Positions 27,606 through 35,774 of a stretch of DNA of 64,000 nt are shown in pieces. Both the position numbers and the translations under genes were made by a program. The notes beneath the pieces were generated by a model, which worked only from the letters and a program-made list of their open reading frames with translations, searched no databases and had not been told where the DNA came from. Position 1 is the stretch's first letter, and each line of letters starts with the position of its first letter. The DNA comes from Verrucomicrobiota bacterium (GTDB lineage Bacteria > Verrucomicrobiota > Verrucomicrobiia > Limisphaerales > CAIQOK01), in assembly GCA_046346715.1 (NCBI GenBank), contig JAXMHO010000007.1:35517-99516 (forward strand), written 5' to 3'.

Positions 27606-28685
27606 TCAGTAATAGGGCTGCACCATCCTGGCCACCTGCTCGGCTTCGCGCTCGTCCTTGAACTGGATCAGCATGTAAACGCCCTTGGGTCCGAGGGTGT
27701 CGAGCAGCGGCTGGACTTCGTTCAATTCCACATTGACCACCTGCACGCTTTTGCCGGCGGCGAGAATGCGCTTGTACATCTCATGCCAGCGCTGGTGCCC
27801 GCCGGTTTCAATGCCGGCCTGCGGCGTCCATTCGATGGCGTCGAGCGGCTCGATCTCCAACAAGGCATCGAGATGCTGGACGGCCTGAGTGCCGTCGAGG
27901 TGGTAGAGCGAATAATCCAGCCAGGCGCATTGCTGGGTGAGCGAAGGGACAACGAACCGGCGATACATCTGGGGCGAAAACATGGCCGAGGAATCGCACT
28001 GCACCTTGGCTACTTTGCCCGGGCCCCAGAGATAAAAGGCGTCATAGACCGAACTGCCGTCCTCCAACTTGATGAGGTCGTAGATGCGCTGGTAGGCGTC
28101 GAACCAGACCCGGTTGATCTCGGCGATTTTTTCCTCGATCCACGCGGGACGTTCCAGCATGTCCATGCACAGCGTCTGCGCATCGCGCAGCGACGACAGC
28201 ACGTCCATGTTTTCAATGAGGTCCGGGCAGCCGACGAAATATTTTCCGCGGGACTTCTCCACGCAGGCGCGAATCACCGCCTCGGTGGTCTGCCACCATT
28301 TGCTGGCGGGATCAAACTTCAGCGGCGGCAGATTCTCGGGCTCCTCCTCGTTTTGAAAGACCGGATGAAACCAGACAGTCGTTTCGGCAAAGCCCGGTTC
28401 GGAACCCAGATACGCGGCCAGGATGCCCGGCCCCAAATCCGGCGACGCGGTCGGCAGCACGTCCAGGGGAAAAATCGAGCGCGCCAGCCGGTAATGGTTT
28501 TGCTCCGCGCGAAACCGGGGATTGGTCCAGCGCTCGGGCAGGGTCGCCGGCGTCGCCGGGGCGGCAGCGGGCTCGTGAATGCAGGCGGCGGTTTCCGGCG
28601 CACCCCACATGCCGACCAGCAGGCCGTCGCGGTTCCACCATTTGACGAATCGTTCCTTGGTCTGCGGCCAGTTTTCCTTCCACAT
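27606..28685 (-). CDS. Divergent uroporphyrinogen-decarboxylase (URO-D)-like TIM-barrel protein, putative substrate:corrinoid methyltransferase
   Basis: The 359-aa protein begins MWKENWPQTKERFVKWWNRDG. Its overall layout resembles URO-D/MtaA-like proteins, but no HxC zinc motif was seen. It lies immediately downstream of the corrinoid MT genes in the same operon. Confidence 0.5.
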   Translation of the reverse strand: MWKENWPQTKERFVKWWNRDGLLVGMWGAPETAACIHEPAAAPATPATLPERWTNPRFRAEQNHYRLARSIFPLDVLPTASPDLGPGILAAYLGSEPGFAETTVWFHPVFQNEEEPENLPPLKFDPASKWWQTTEAVIRACVEKSRGKYFVGCPDLIENMDVLSSLRDAQTLCMDMLERPAWIEEKIAEINRVWFDAYQRIYDLIKLEDGSSVYDAFYLWGPGKVAKVQCDSSAMFSPQMYRRFVVPSLTQQCAWLDYSLYHLDGTQAVQHLDALLEIEPLDAIEWTPQAGIETGGHQRWHEMYKRILAAGKSVQVVNVELNEVQPLLDTLGPKGVYMLIQFKDEREAEQVARMVQPYY

Positions 28686-28707
28686 ACTCGGTAAATAGGT
28701 TGGGGTT

Positions 28708-29739
28708 CTAGTTTGCGTCCAAGAAAGCGGACACTTTGCGCTGAATCGTCCTTTCGCTGCCCGGCACGCTCAAGACGTCACACTCGCTGCCGAGCACGAA
28801 CGGATGCCCGGTGGCGCGCATCCGGCAGGACAACTCCGCCGCGAGTTCACGGACCTTTTCCAGACTCATCACGCGGTCGGAATAAAACTGCTTCGTCGGC
28901 AGGTTGCCGTAGAGCACGGTGGACCGAGGCAGCAGCGCCGCATCCTCCCATAATTTTCGCGAGCTTCCCAAACTCATCATTGCCGCGTCCAGCAGGGCAA
29001 ACCGGCTGACCATGCCATCCAGCAGTTCACCGCAGTTATGAAAAATCAGTTCCACGCCGTTTGCCGCCAGCTGGTCGCGGAGGGCAAGGTTGAACCTCAT
29101 CACATAACGCTCAAAAACATCATAGCTTTCGGCCAGCTGGTTCGGTGAGAAATAGACCTTGTTCGCCGCCGGCTCACAAAGAATGATCGCCTCTGCGCCG
29201 GCGTCCATCTGGGCTGCAAGATATTCCCGGATGGTTTGAAATGACAGCTCCAGAAGCCGTTCCACCAGGGCAACCTCATCATCTTCCGAGGCCGTCGATC
29301 CAGCCCCGGCCATGAAGACCGGCGTGATCGGGTCAGCAATCAATTGGGTCATCAAAGAAAACGGACCGATGGCGATGCCGACTGGCAGCAGATTCGTTTG
29401 CGTGGCGATGTAATTGATGCCGGCGCAGATCGCCATCATTCGTGGGGTGAGTTTGAAGGCGGGGCTCCGGCCCGGCACTTCAACAAAACGAAACGCCTCC
29501 ACCAAGGGCGGTGCCACTCCCTGAGCCAGCAGGAGCGCCTCTTTTTCCAGCTTCAGATCCATCAAGGGAAACGCCAGCGGCGTGCGAAACCGCCGAGCCG
29601 CCTCTTCCACCACCCGGCCCAGGCGCCGGCCATCAAGCACAACAGTCTCGTGGTCCGCGTGTTCGTGCAGCACCAGATGCGTGCCGATCGGCATTCGCAG
29701 CCCCGCCGAAGCAATATCGAGGAAACGCTGGCGGTTCAT
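28708..29739 (-). CDS. URO-D/MtaA-family methyltransferase (methylcobamide-type)
   Basis: MNRQRFLDIASAG...CEPAANKVYFSPNQ...IFHNCGELLDG carries a His-x-Cys zinc-ligand motif, and a later Cys occurs in GSECDV. The start was trimmed to ATG 29739, 1 nt after the corrinoid-protein stop. Confidence 0.7.
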   Translation of the reverse strand: MNRQRFLDIASAGLRMPIGTHLVLHEHADHETVVLDGRRLGRVVEEAARRFRTPLAFPLMDLKLEKEALLLAQGVAPPLVEAFRFVEVPGRSPAFKLTPRMMAICAGINYIATQTNLLPVGIAIGPFSLMTQLIADPITPVFMAGAGSTASEDDEVALVERLLELSFQTIREYLAAQMDAGAEAIILCEPAANKVYFSPNQLAESYDVFERYVMRFNLALRDQLAANGVELIFHNCGELLDGMVSRFALLDAAMMSLGSSRKLWEDAALLPRSTVLYGNLPTKQFYSDRVMSLEKVRELAAELSCRMRATGHPFVLGSECDVLSVPGSERTIQRKVSAFLDAN

Positions 29740-29740
29740 G

Positions 29741-30370
29741 TCAGCTCCGCAACATCGCCAGCGCCGTATCCACGGCCGTGCCCGCGTCGGGCGCGTAACC
29801 GTCCGCCTCAATTTCTTTCGCGAAGTCCGGCGTGATGGGCGCGCCGCCGATCACAATCTTAACCGGCAGCCCCAGGGCACGCACCTGCCTGACCGTTTGG
29901 CGCATGGCGGGCATGGTGGTGGTGAGGAGCGCGGACAATCCAAGCAAACTCGGCCGGTGCTGCTTCACGGCCTCGACAAATTTTGCCGGCGGCACGTTCA
30001 CGCCCAGATCAACGACCTCGATGTTTGCGCCCTTCCACATCATCGCCACGAGATTTTTTCCGATGTCGTGCAGGTCGCCTTCAACCGTGCCGATGACGGC
30101 GGTGTATTCGGGCTTCACCCCGGCGGCAACGAGCATGGGCTCGAGAATTTTCAACGCCTCCTTCATGGCGCGGGCGGCAATGAGCATTTCCGGCACGAAG
30201 ATTTCATTCCGCTTGAAGCGCTCGCCAACGACCATCATGCCAGGCACGAGCCGCTTCTCAACGATCTCCGCAGCCTTCTCTCCCGCTGCAAGACATTGCT
30301 GGACCAGCTCGGGGACCTCTTTGCGCTTCCCGGCAATGATGACCTGCGTCAGCGGATGATCGACGTTCAT
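29741..30370 (-). CDS. Corrinoid (cobalamin)-binding protein, MtaC/MtbC-like
   Basis: An N-terminal helical B12-binding_2-like part is followed by a Rossmann part with TVEGDLHDIGKN (the DxHxxG motif), then SALLTTT and GGAPIT motifs. The start was trimmed to ATG 30370. Confidence 0.85.
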   Translation of the reverse strand: MNVDHPLTQVIIAGKRKEVPELVQQCLAAGEKAAEIVEKRLVPGMMVVGERFKRNEIFVPEMLIAARAMKEALKILEPMLVAAGVKPEYTAVIGTVEGDLHDIGKNLVAMMWKGANIEVVDLGVNVPPAKFVEAVKQHRPSLLGLSALLTTTMPAMRQTVRQVRALGLPVKIVIGGAPITPDFAKEIEADGYAPDAGTAVDTALAMLRS

Positions 30371-30481
30371 GAGGCAACAGGCTAGGCAGGGCCGCGGCAG
30401 ACGTCTTGTAATCCGGGACGATTCTTTGGTGATCCGGTGCTCTGCCATTGAAAATCATCCGGACTTCCTTTTAATGCCGGC

Positions 30482-31381
30482 ATGCAACGCATTCCTCTGC
30501 TCGCGCAACTGGCCACCACCCCCCTGCTTGCCGATGGCGCGATGGGCACCCAATTGATGGCCCGCGGACTCGGGAGCGGAGAATGCGGGATGCTGTGGAA
30601 CGTCAACCGCCGCCCGGATGTTGCCGCCGTTCACGAAGCCTACCATCGCGCGGGCAGCCACCTGATCACGACCAATTCCTTCGGAGGTTCGCGGTATGTG
30701 CTCGAACGGCATGGCTTGACGGCGCGGGGTGTCGAACTGAACCGCGCCGCCGCCGCCATCGCCCGAAAGGTGCTGGGCGAAACCGGCTGGGTTTTGGGAG
30801 ACGTCGGCCCGGTCGGGGATTTTCTGGAACCGGTCGGAGATGTTTCGGCAGAGGATTTGCGGGCAGCTTTCCGCGACCAGATTGCCGCCCTCATCGAAGG
30901 CGGTGCGGACGCCATCCTGGTCGAAACCATGAGCGACCCGGCGGAGGCGGTGGTCGGCGTCGAAGCCGCCCGGGAATGCAGCGCAAAAATCCCGGTGGTG
31001 GTCACCTATGCCTTTCAGAAAACTGCGGCGAACGAATTTCGAACCATGATGGGAACCACCGTAGCCGAAGCCGTGGAGAGGTCCGTCAAGGCCGGCGCGG
31101 ACATTATCGGCACGAACTGCGGCACGGATCTGGGCTTGGAGGATTACGTGGTTCTCGCCAGACAGCTTACGATTGCCGCCGGAAGGACGCCCGTGATTGT
31201 GCAACCCAACGGCGGAACGCCACGCATTGAAAACGGACGGACGGTTTATGATGCCTCGCCGGAGCAAATGGCCGCGCTGGCATCCAAGCTGATCTCCGCC
31301 GGCGCCAGTATCGTCGGCGGCTGCTGCGGCACAACCCCGGAACACCTGGCCGCGATGAGCCGGGCTGTGAAACAAGGCTGA
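30482..31381 (+). CDS. Homocysteine S-methyltransferase-domain protein (stand-alone MetH Hcy-domain-like)
   Basis: ADGAMGTQL, ITTNSFG, GTNCG and GGCCGTTPEH (zinc-binding Cys triad positions) match the Hcy-binding domain. The protein is 299 aa. It is divergent from the corrinoid protein gene. Confidence 0.8.
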   Translation: MQRIPLLAQLATTPLLADGAMGTQLMARGLGSGECGMLWNVNRRPDVAAVHEAYHRAGSHLITTNSFGGSRYVLERHGLTARGVELNRAAAAIARKVLGETGWVLGDVGPVGDFLEPVGDVSAEDLRAAFRDQIAALIEGGADAILVETMSDPAEAVVGVEAARECSAKIPVVVTYAFQKTAANEFRTMMGTTVAEAVERSVKAGADIIGTNCGTDLGLEDYVVLARQLTIAAGRTPVIVQPNGGTPRIENGRTVYDASPEQMAALASKLISAGASIVGGCCGTTPEHLAAMSRAVKQG

Positions 31382-31414
31382 AACGGAGTTCCAAAGTTTG
31401 CGGACCGGACAATC

Positions 31415-32155
31415 CTAAGCCTTGCCCACAAGACCGCCGGCCTTGGCGCGGGACTCTTCCCGGAACAGCTTGGGGGTGCGCCCTTTCACCTCCTGAAAGA
31501 CGCGCGTGAAGTAGCTCTGATCGCAGAAGCCGCAGGTGTCCGCAATCTGCGCCAGGGATTTTTCGGTGCCCAGCAGAAGTTCGCAGGCAAGGTCAACGCG
31601 GCATTGGCGGAGCAATTCGGTGAATGAACGACCCGTGCGCTCCTTCAGCAGCCGTGAGAAATGGCTCGGGGAAATGCCCGCGTGCCGCGCCGTCTCATCG
31701 CGGGAAATGTCGCGGTGCAGATTCTCACGCATGAACCCGAGCGCCCGGCCGATGAGCAGCGGCGGCGTGAAATCCTCCTGCCGTTCAATGGTTGAGAACA
31801 CATGCTCCAGCGTTTTGCGCAGCCATGCCGCAAGGTATTCGTCGTCATTGATGCCCGCCAGCTCGGTCAGGAAGCGGAAGTTCATCCCCAGCACTTCCGA
31901 CTGCACGGCGCCCGCCTCCACCGCCGCGCGGGAAATCATCACGACCAGTTCCAGCAGCAGCCCCTTCAGCAGTTCGCTGCGCTCCTCGCCCGCGCTGTAG
32001 ATGTGGACGAGCACATGGTTGATGATGCGGCGCGCCTCGCCGCGGTCGCCCCGGCGGATGGCGGCGAGCAGTTGCAGCTCCTGCAGCAGATACAGCTCGC
32101 GGATGCGGTCGTAAGGCCGGTGTTCGAGCAGCGGGATGGCGGGGAAATCGTTCAT
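31415..32155 (-). CDS. AraC-family transcriptional regulator
   Basis: The C-terminal HTH is ARHAGISPSHFSRLLKERTGRSFTELLRQCRV...IADTCGFCDQSYFTRVFQ. Confidence 0.8.
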   Translation of the reverse strand: MNDFPAIPLLEHRPYDRIRELYLLQELQLLAAIRRGDRGEARRIINHVLVHIYSAGEERSELLKGLLLELVVMISRAAVEAGAVQSEVLGMNFRFLTELAGINDDEYLAAWLRKTLEHVFSTIERQEDFTPPLLIGRALGFMRENLHRDISRDETARHAGISPSHFSRLLKERTGRSFTELLRQCRVDLACELLLGTEKSLAQIADTCGFCDQSYFTRVFQEVKGRTPKLFREESRAKAGGLVGKA

Positions 32156-32165
32156 GCGGCGTCAA

Positions 32166-33803
32166 TCACGGCAGCAGCAAATGCTCGACGTAGCGGTCTT
32201 CGAAACCGTCCGTCAGGTTCAATTCCACCACCCTGACCCGGGCGCGGAGATTTTCCATCTCCGCCAAGAGGGTGCGATCCAGCAGCGCCAGCAGCGCGCC
32301 CGCCAGCGACGTGTTGCCGACGACCTTCACCTGCCGCACGTCAAAACCCGGCAACAGTCCAATGGCGATGGCGTGCGCAACGTCGAGGTGCATCCCAAAA
32401 CCGCCCGCGAGATAAACCGTCCCCACGTCCGCCGCGCGGATGCCGGCGGTTTCCAACAGGACTTCGATGCCCGCGCCAATCGCCGCCTTGGCCTGCAGCA
32501 GCAACGCCACGTCCACTTCGCTGATGCGCAGATCGTCCGGGCCGTTCCGCGCGGCGAGACGAACCGCACGTTGGTCGTCATTCGACCAACGATGCGTCTC
32601 CGGCAGCTCCTCCCAGCGCCTCAGCTCAAACCGTCCCGTGGTCCCCAGCAAGCCGATTTGGCGCGCCGTCGCCAAAAAATCCAGATAGGCCGATCCGCAA
32701 ATGCCCTCCGCCCGAGCCAACGACGTTGCGCCGATGACTTCAACCTTCAGCAAAAAGGGATTGAGCGCCAGGCTCAAGTCGCTCACCGCCCCGGTCCGGG
32801 CCCGGGTGCCGCACGACAGCCCGCAGCCTTCAAACGCCGGCCCGGCCGCCGTGGCGCAGCCAAAAAACCTTCCGTCCGCCTGCAAAACGATTTCGCCATT
32901 CGTTCCGATGTCCACCAGCAGCGCGGGTTTTTCGTCGTAGCACATGCCGGTGGCCAGCATGCCCGCGGTGATGTCCGCGCCCACATAGGCCGCGATGCCG
33001 GGCAGGAGCTGGATCGGAGTTTCGACGGCCAAACCTTCGGCGACCAAACCAACTTCCCGGGCTGCCAAGGTTCGGCCGGCGATGAACCGCGGCGTAAACG
33101 GAGCCACGCCCAGCGGTGTCGGGTCTTCTCCGGCAAGGAGGTGCAGCATGGTCGTGTTCGCCGCGATGGTTCCGCCCGCGATTCGTTCAGCGGGGCGGCC
33201 GGCCTGCTCCAACGCCCGCTTCAATAACGGCTGGATGGTTTCCATCACGACAGCACGTTGCATGGCGGCAAGTTGCTCCGGCTTTTGGGCGGCTTCGATG
33301 CGCGTGACGACATTGTCGCCAAAACGGATTTGCTCGTTGAATCCTCCGGCCCGCGAAAGCACGTCGCCGGTCTTCAGATCCACCAACAGCACCACCACGG
33401 TGGTCGTGCCGACATCCACGGCAAAGGCGGTGTCGCGGCCGGGCGTAAAGGGAAACAGCGGCTGATGCGCATACGGCACGGCGATTTCAAAGGTCTCGCT
33501 GACTTGGGGGCGATGCTCCAGACGCGAGCGGTCGGGCAAATGAAACGCCAGATCGCCGGCCAGCCGGGCGCGGCAGGCTTTCACCACCGCCGGAGCCGTG
33601 ACGCGGGTTCCATCCACTGACACGCTGCCGGAGATCAAATCCATTTCACACCCACGGCACCGGCCGCGTTGGCCGCAGCGGGTGTTCAAGGGCAGACCTT
33701 GCGCCGCGAGAATGTCGGCGAGGGAACGCGTCTCGTCCGAAGCAACCAACCGGCGCGTCTCGCCGGAATCCAATCGAACCTCGATGTTCCCGCCGCAGCT
33801 CAT
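32166..33803 (-). CDS. Corrinoid reductive activase (RACo-like: N-terminal [2Fe-2S] ferredoxin + ASKHA ATPase/DUF4445)
   Basis: An N-terminal Cys cluster is present (NTRCGQRGRCRGCE). The body has actin-fold phosphate motifs (AVDVGTTTVV, LLVDIGTNGEI, GPAFEG). Confidence 0.75.
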   Translation of the reverse strand: MSCGGNIEVRLDSGETRRLVASDETRSLADILAAQGLPLNTRCGQRGRCRGCEMDLISGSVSVDGTRVTAPAVVKACRARLAGDLAFHLPDRSRLEHRPQVSETFEIAVPYAHQPLFPFTPGRDTAFAVDVGTTTVVVLLVDLKTGDVLSRAGGFNEQIRFGDNVVTRIEAAQKPEQLAAMQRAVVMETIQPLLKRALEQAGRPAERIAGGTIAANTTMLHLLAGEDPTPLGVAPFTPRFIAGRTLAAREVGLVAEGLAVETPIQLLPGIAAYVGADITAGMLATGMCYDEKPALLVDIGTNGEIVLQADGRFFGCATAAGPAFEGCGLSCGTRARTGAVSDLSLALNPFLLKVEVIGATSLARAEGICGSAYLDFLATARQIGLLGTTGRFELRRWEELPETHRWSNDDQRAVRLAARNGPDDLRISEVDVALLLQAKAAIGAGIEVLLETAGIRAADVGTVYLAGGFGMHLDVAHAIAIGLLPGFDVRQVKVVGNTSLAGALLALLDRTLLAEMENLRARVRVVELNLTDGFEDRYVEHLLLP

Positions 33804-34552
33804 GGGTCCACCCGCATGATGGATTCATCCGGAGCATGGCCAAGACACCGGCCAGGCGGAATAATTTGAAAGCGTTTCTCGTCCCAGCGGCCCCAGAGCA
33901 AATCACGCAGCAGCGTGGCATCGCCGCGGATTCGTTCAAACTTCCAGCCCAGCCATTCGGCGCAGCGCCTGGCATAGGCCGCTTCACTCTCAGCGTCGTC
34001 CGTGCCGAGATCGAGGTAAGTGGCAGTGTCGTGCAACGCCCATTGTTCGCGCTCGGTTTGAATGATGAAGTCCACGTCCTCGGGATCAAACCTCCCCGAA
34101 AGTTCGCGCCGCAGGGCTTCCAGCTTTTCCGGTCCAGGCACGCGGCGGTTCCGGTTCCAGCCCGGAGTGTAGTAATAGCAGGTGGGACAGCGGCCTTGAT
34201 GTGCGGCGTAGGTTTCCTTGCTCCCCATGAAAACGGTGATGCAGTCATGCGCCCGCGGAATGACGACTGGATGCCGCAACGGTCGCAGGCCGGCAGTACC
34301 GCGACCGCACAAGCCATAGGCCATCACCACGGCTTCGATGTCCGCCCGCGCATCGATGGCCTCCAAGTGCTCCTGCAGGATGCCGCGCATCTGGTCGGGA
34401 TGGTCATGCAACCCCATCTCGAACCAACGAATCTCGGCAAGGTGCGGAGCATCTGGAGCCAGCAGCTTGATCTCGCGCTCAAAGACCGAACACGCCAGCA
34501 GCGCCATGCGGGGCGGCAAGGCGGCGGTCGGATGGTTCGCAGACAGTTTCAC
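33800..34552 (-). CDS. DUF1638 domain protein
   Basis: LLACSVFEREI...WFEMGLHDHP...YGLCG matches my recollection of DUF1638, a family habitually linked to corrinoid methyltransferase genes. There is an ATGA overlap with the activase gene. Confidence 0.6.
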   Translation of the reverse strand: MKLSANHPTAALPPRMALLACSVFEREIKLLAPDAPHLAEIRWFEMGLHDHPDQMRGILQEHLEAIDARADIEAVVMAYGLCGRGTAGLRPLRHPVVIPRAHDCITVFMGSKETYAAHQGRCPTCYYYTPGWNRNRRVPGPEKLEALRRELSGRFDPEDVDFIIQTEREQWALHDTATYLDLGTDDAESEAAYARRCAEWLGWKFERIRGDATLLRDLLWGRWDEKRFQIIPPGRCLGHAPDESIMRVDP

Positions 34553-34616
34553 AGTCTTGCTTCAGATTAAACCTTTGGCGGCAGCTGTCCGGAGGCAAAC
34601 CGGCGGCGGCGCTTTC

Positions 34617-35702
34617 TCAGGTCGGCAGATTTTCCAGGCCATGACGGGCAAGCACGTTCTTGATTTTCACCGGATGACCCGACGCGCACGTTTCTTCCAT
34701 GGCCACCAGCAAGGCGATGGTCACGACGCCTTCCAAGGCATCCGGACGGGGCGTTTCCCCGGCGACCAGGCAGCGGGCAAAGTATTCGATGTAGTTCTGA
34801 TATTCGCCGGCATGGTGCGTTCGACCGCCGAAGCGGAAGTAATAATCTTCCTCCTCTTCAAAGCGTTCGATGACGGAATGACCGCCGGAGCGCCATGAGT
34901 AACGCAGCTCGGGGTAGTCCGCCTGGCTCGAACCGTTCGCGCAGCGGAGGATGCAGGTCATTCCGCTGTCGCGTTGCGACGGGACGATGGGGCAGGAGTA
35001 GCAGCCGCTGACGCGGGCGATTTTGCCGGAGCTGGATTTCAAAATGAAATGGAAGGTGTCGTCATTCTTCAGACCGCCCGCGCGGCCGTTTTCACTGAGC
35101 GTGGAATAGCCCATGACTTCCTCAACGTCGGGCAGATACCACCGCAGCAGGTCGGCCGGGTGGCTCAGGCCGCCGAAGAGCCAGCGGAAGGATTTCTCCT
35201 TGGCCCATGGCTTTTCCAGAAACCAGCGGTGGTCGGCGTGATAGGCGGCTTCGAGGGTGTTCAACTCGCCGAGCGCGCCGGCCAGGAAATGTTCGCGCTG
35301 GCGTCGAAACGGCTCGAAGAAGCGCGTGCTCTGGCCCACAAACACCCGCCGGCCGCTCTGCTGCTGCGCGTCCAAAACCGCCCGGGCCTGGGACAGATCA
35401 TTGAGGAACGGCTTGGTGCAGATGACGTGCTTCCCGGCGCGCAAGGCCGCGATGGCATGGCCGGCATGGAGATGGTCGGGCGTGTAGATGCCGACGGCGT
35501 CCACGGCGGGATTGGCCAGCAGCTTTTCAAACGAGGTGTTGAATTGTTCGGGGGGCAGTGAAAACTCGCGGCAACGCTCCGCGCCGAGCTGCGGGTTGAT
35601 GTCGCACAGCTGCACCACCTCCCACAGCTCGCTGTTCACGCCGGCGGAAATGATGCTGCGCCCTTCACCGAGACCAAGTACGCCCAGACCGAATTTCTTC
35701 AT
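34617..35702 (-). CDS. Gfo/Idh/MocA family oxidoreductase
   Basis: MKKFGLGVLGLGEGRS is the Rossmann start, followed by VDAVGIYTPDHLHAGHAIAALRAGKHVICTKP, the typical family core. The start was trimmed to ATG 35702. Confidence 0.8.
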   Translation of the reverse strand: MKKFGLGVLGLGEGRSIISAGVNSELWEVVQLCDINPQLGAERCREFSLPPEQFNTSFEKLLANPAVDAVGIYTPDHLHAGHAIAALRAGKHVICTKPFLNDLSQARAVLDAQQQSGRRVFVGQSTRFFEPFRRQREHFLAGALGELNTLEAAYHADHRWFLEKPWAKEKSFRWLFGGLSHPADLLRWYLPDVEEVMGYSTLSENGRAGGLKNDDTFHFILKSSSGKIARVSGCYSCPIVPSQRDSGMTCILRCANGSSQADYPELRYSWRSGGHSVIERFEEEEDYYFRFGGRTHHAGEYQNYIEYFARCLVAGETPRPDALEGVVTIALLVAMEETCASGHPVKIKNVLARHGLENLPT

Positions 35703-35774
35703 GCAATTATTTGGGTAAAAAGCAAAAGAGCGCAGGAGGGCTTTGCCTTCCTGCGCTCGTGGAAGCACGAAAGC

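Noticed and set aside
30371-30481. Cobalamin-riboswitch-like fragments (ggtgatccggtgc...tgccattg...gaaaatcatccgg) in the divergent intergenic region of the corrinoid cluster.
   Set aside because: Only 111 nt are available, the elements are out of the canonical order and no convincing B12-box/stem architecture could be drawn by eye. A covariance-model scan (the Rfam cobalamin model) would settle it. For now the region is treated as an ordinary divergent promoter region.
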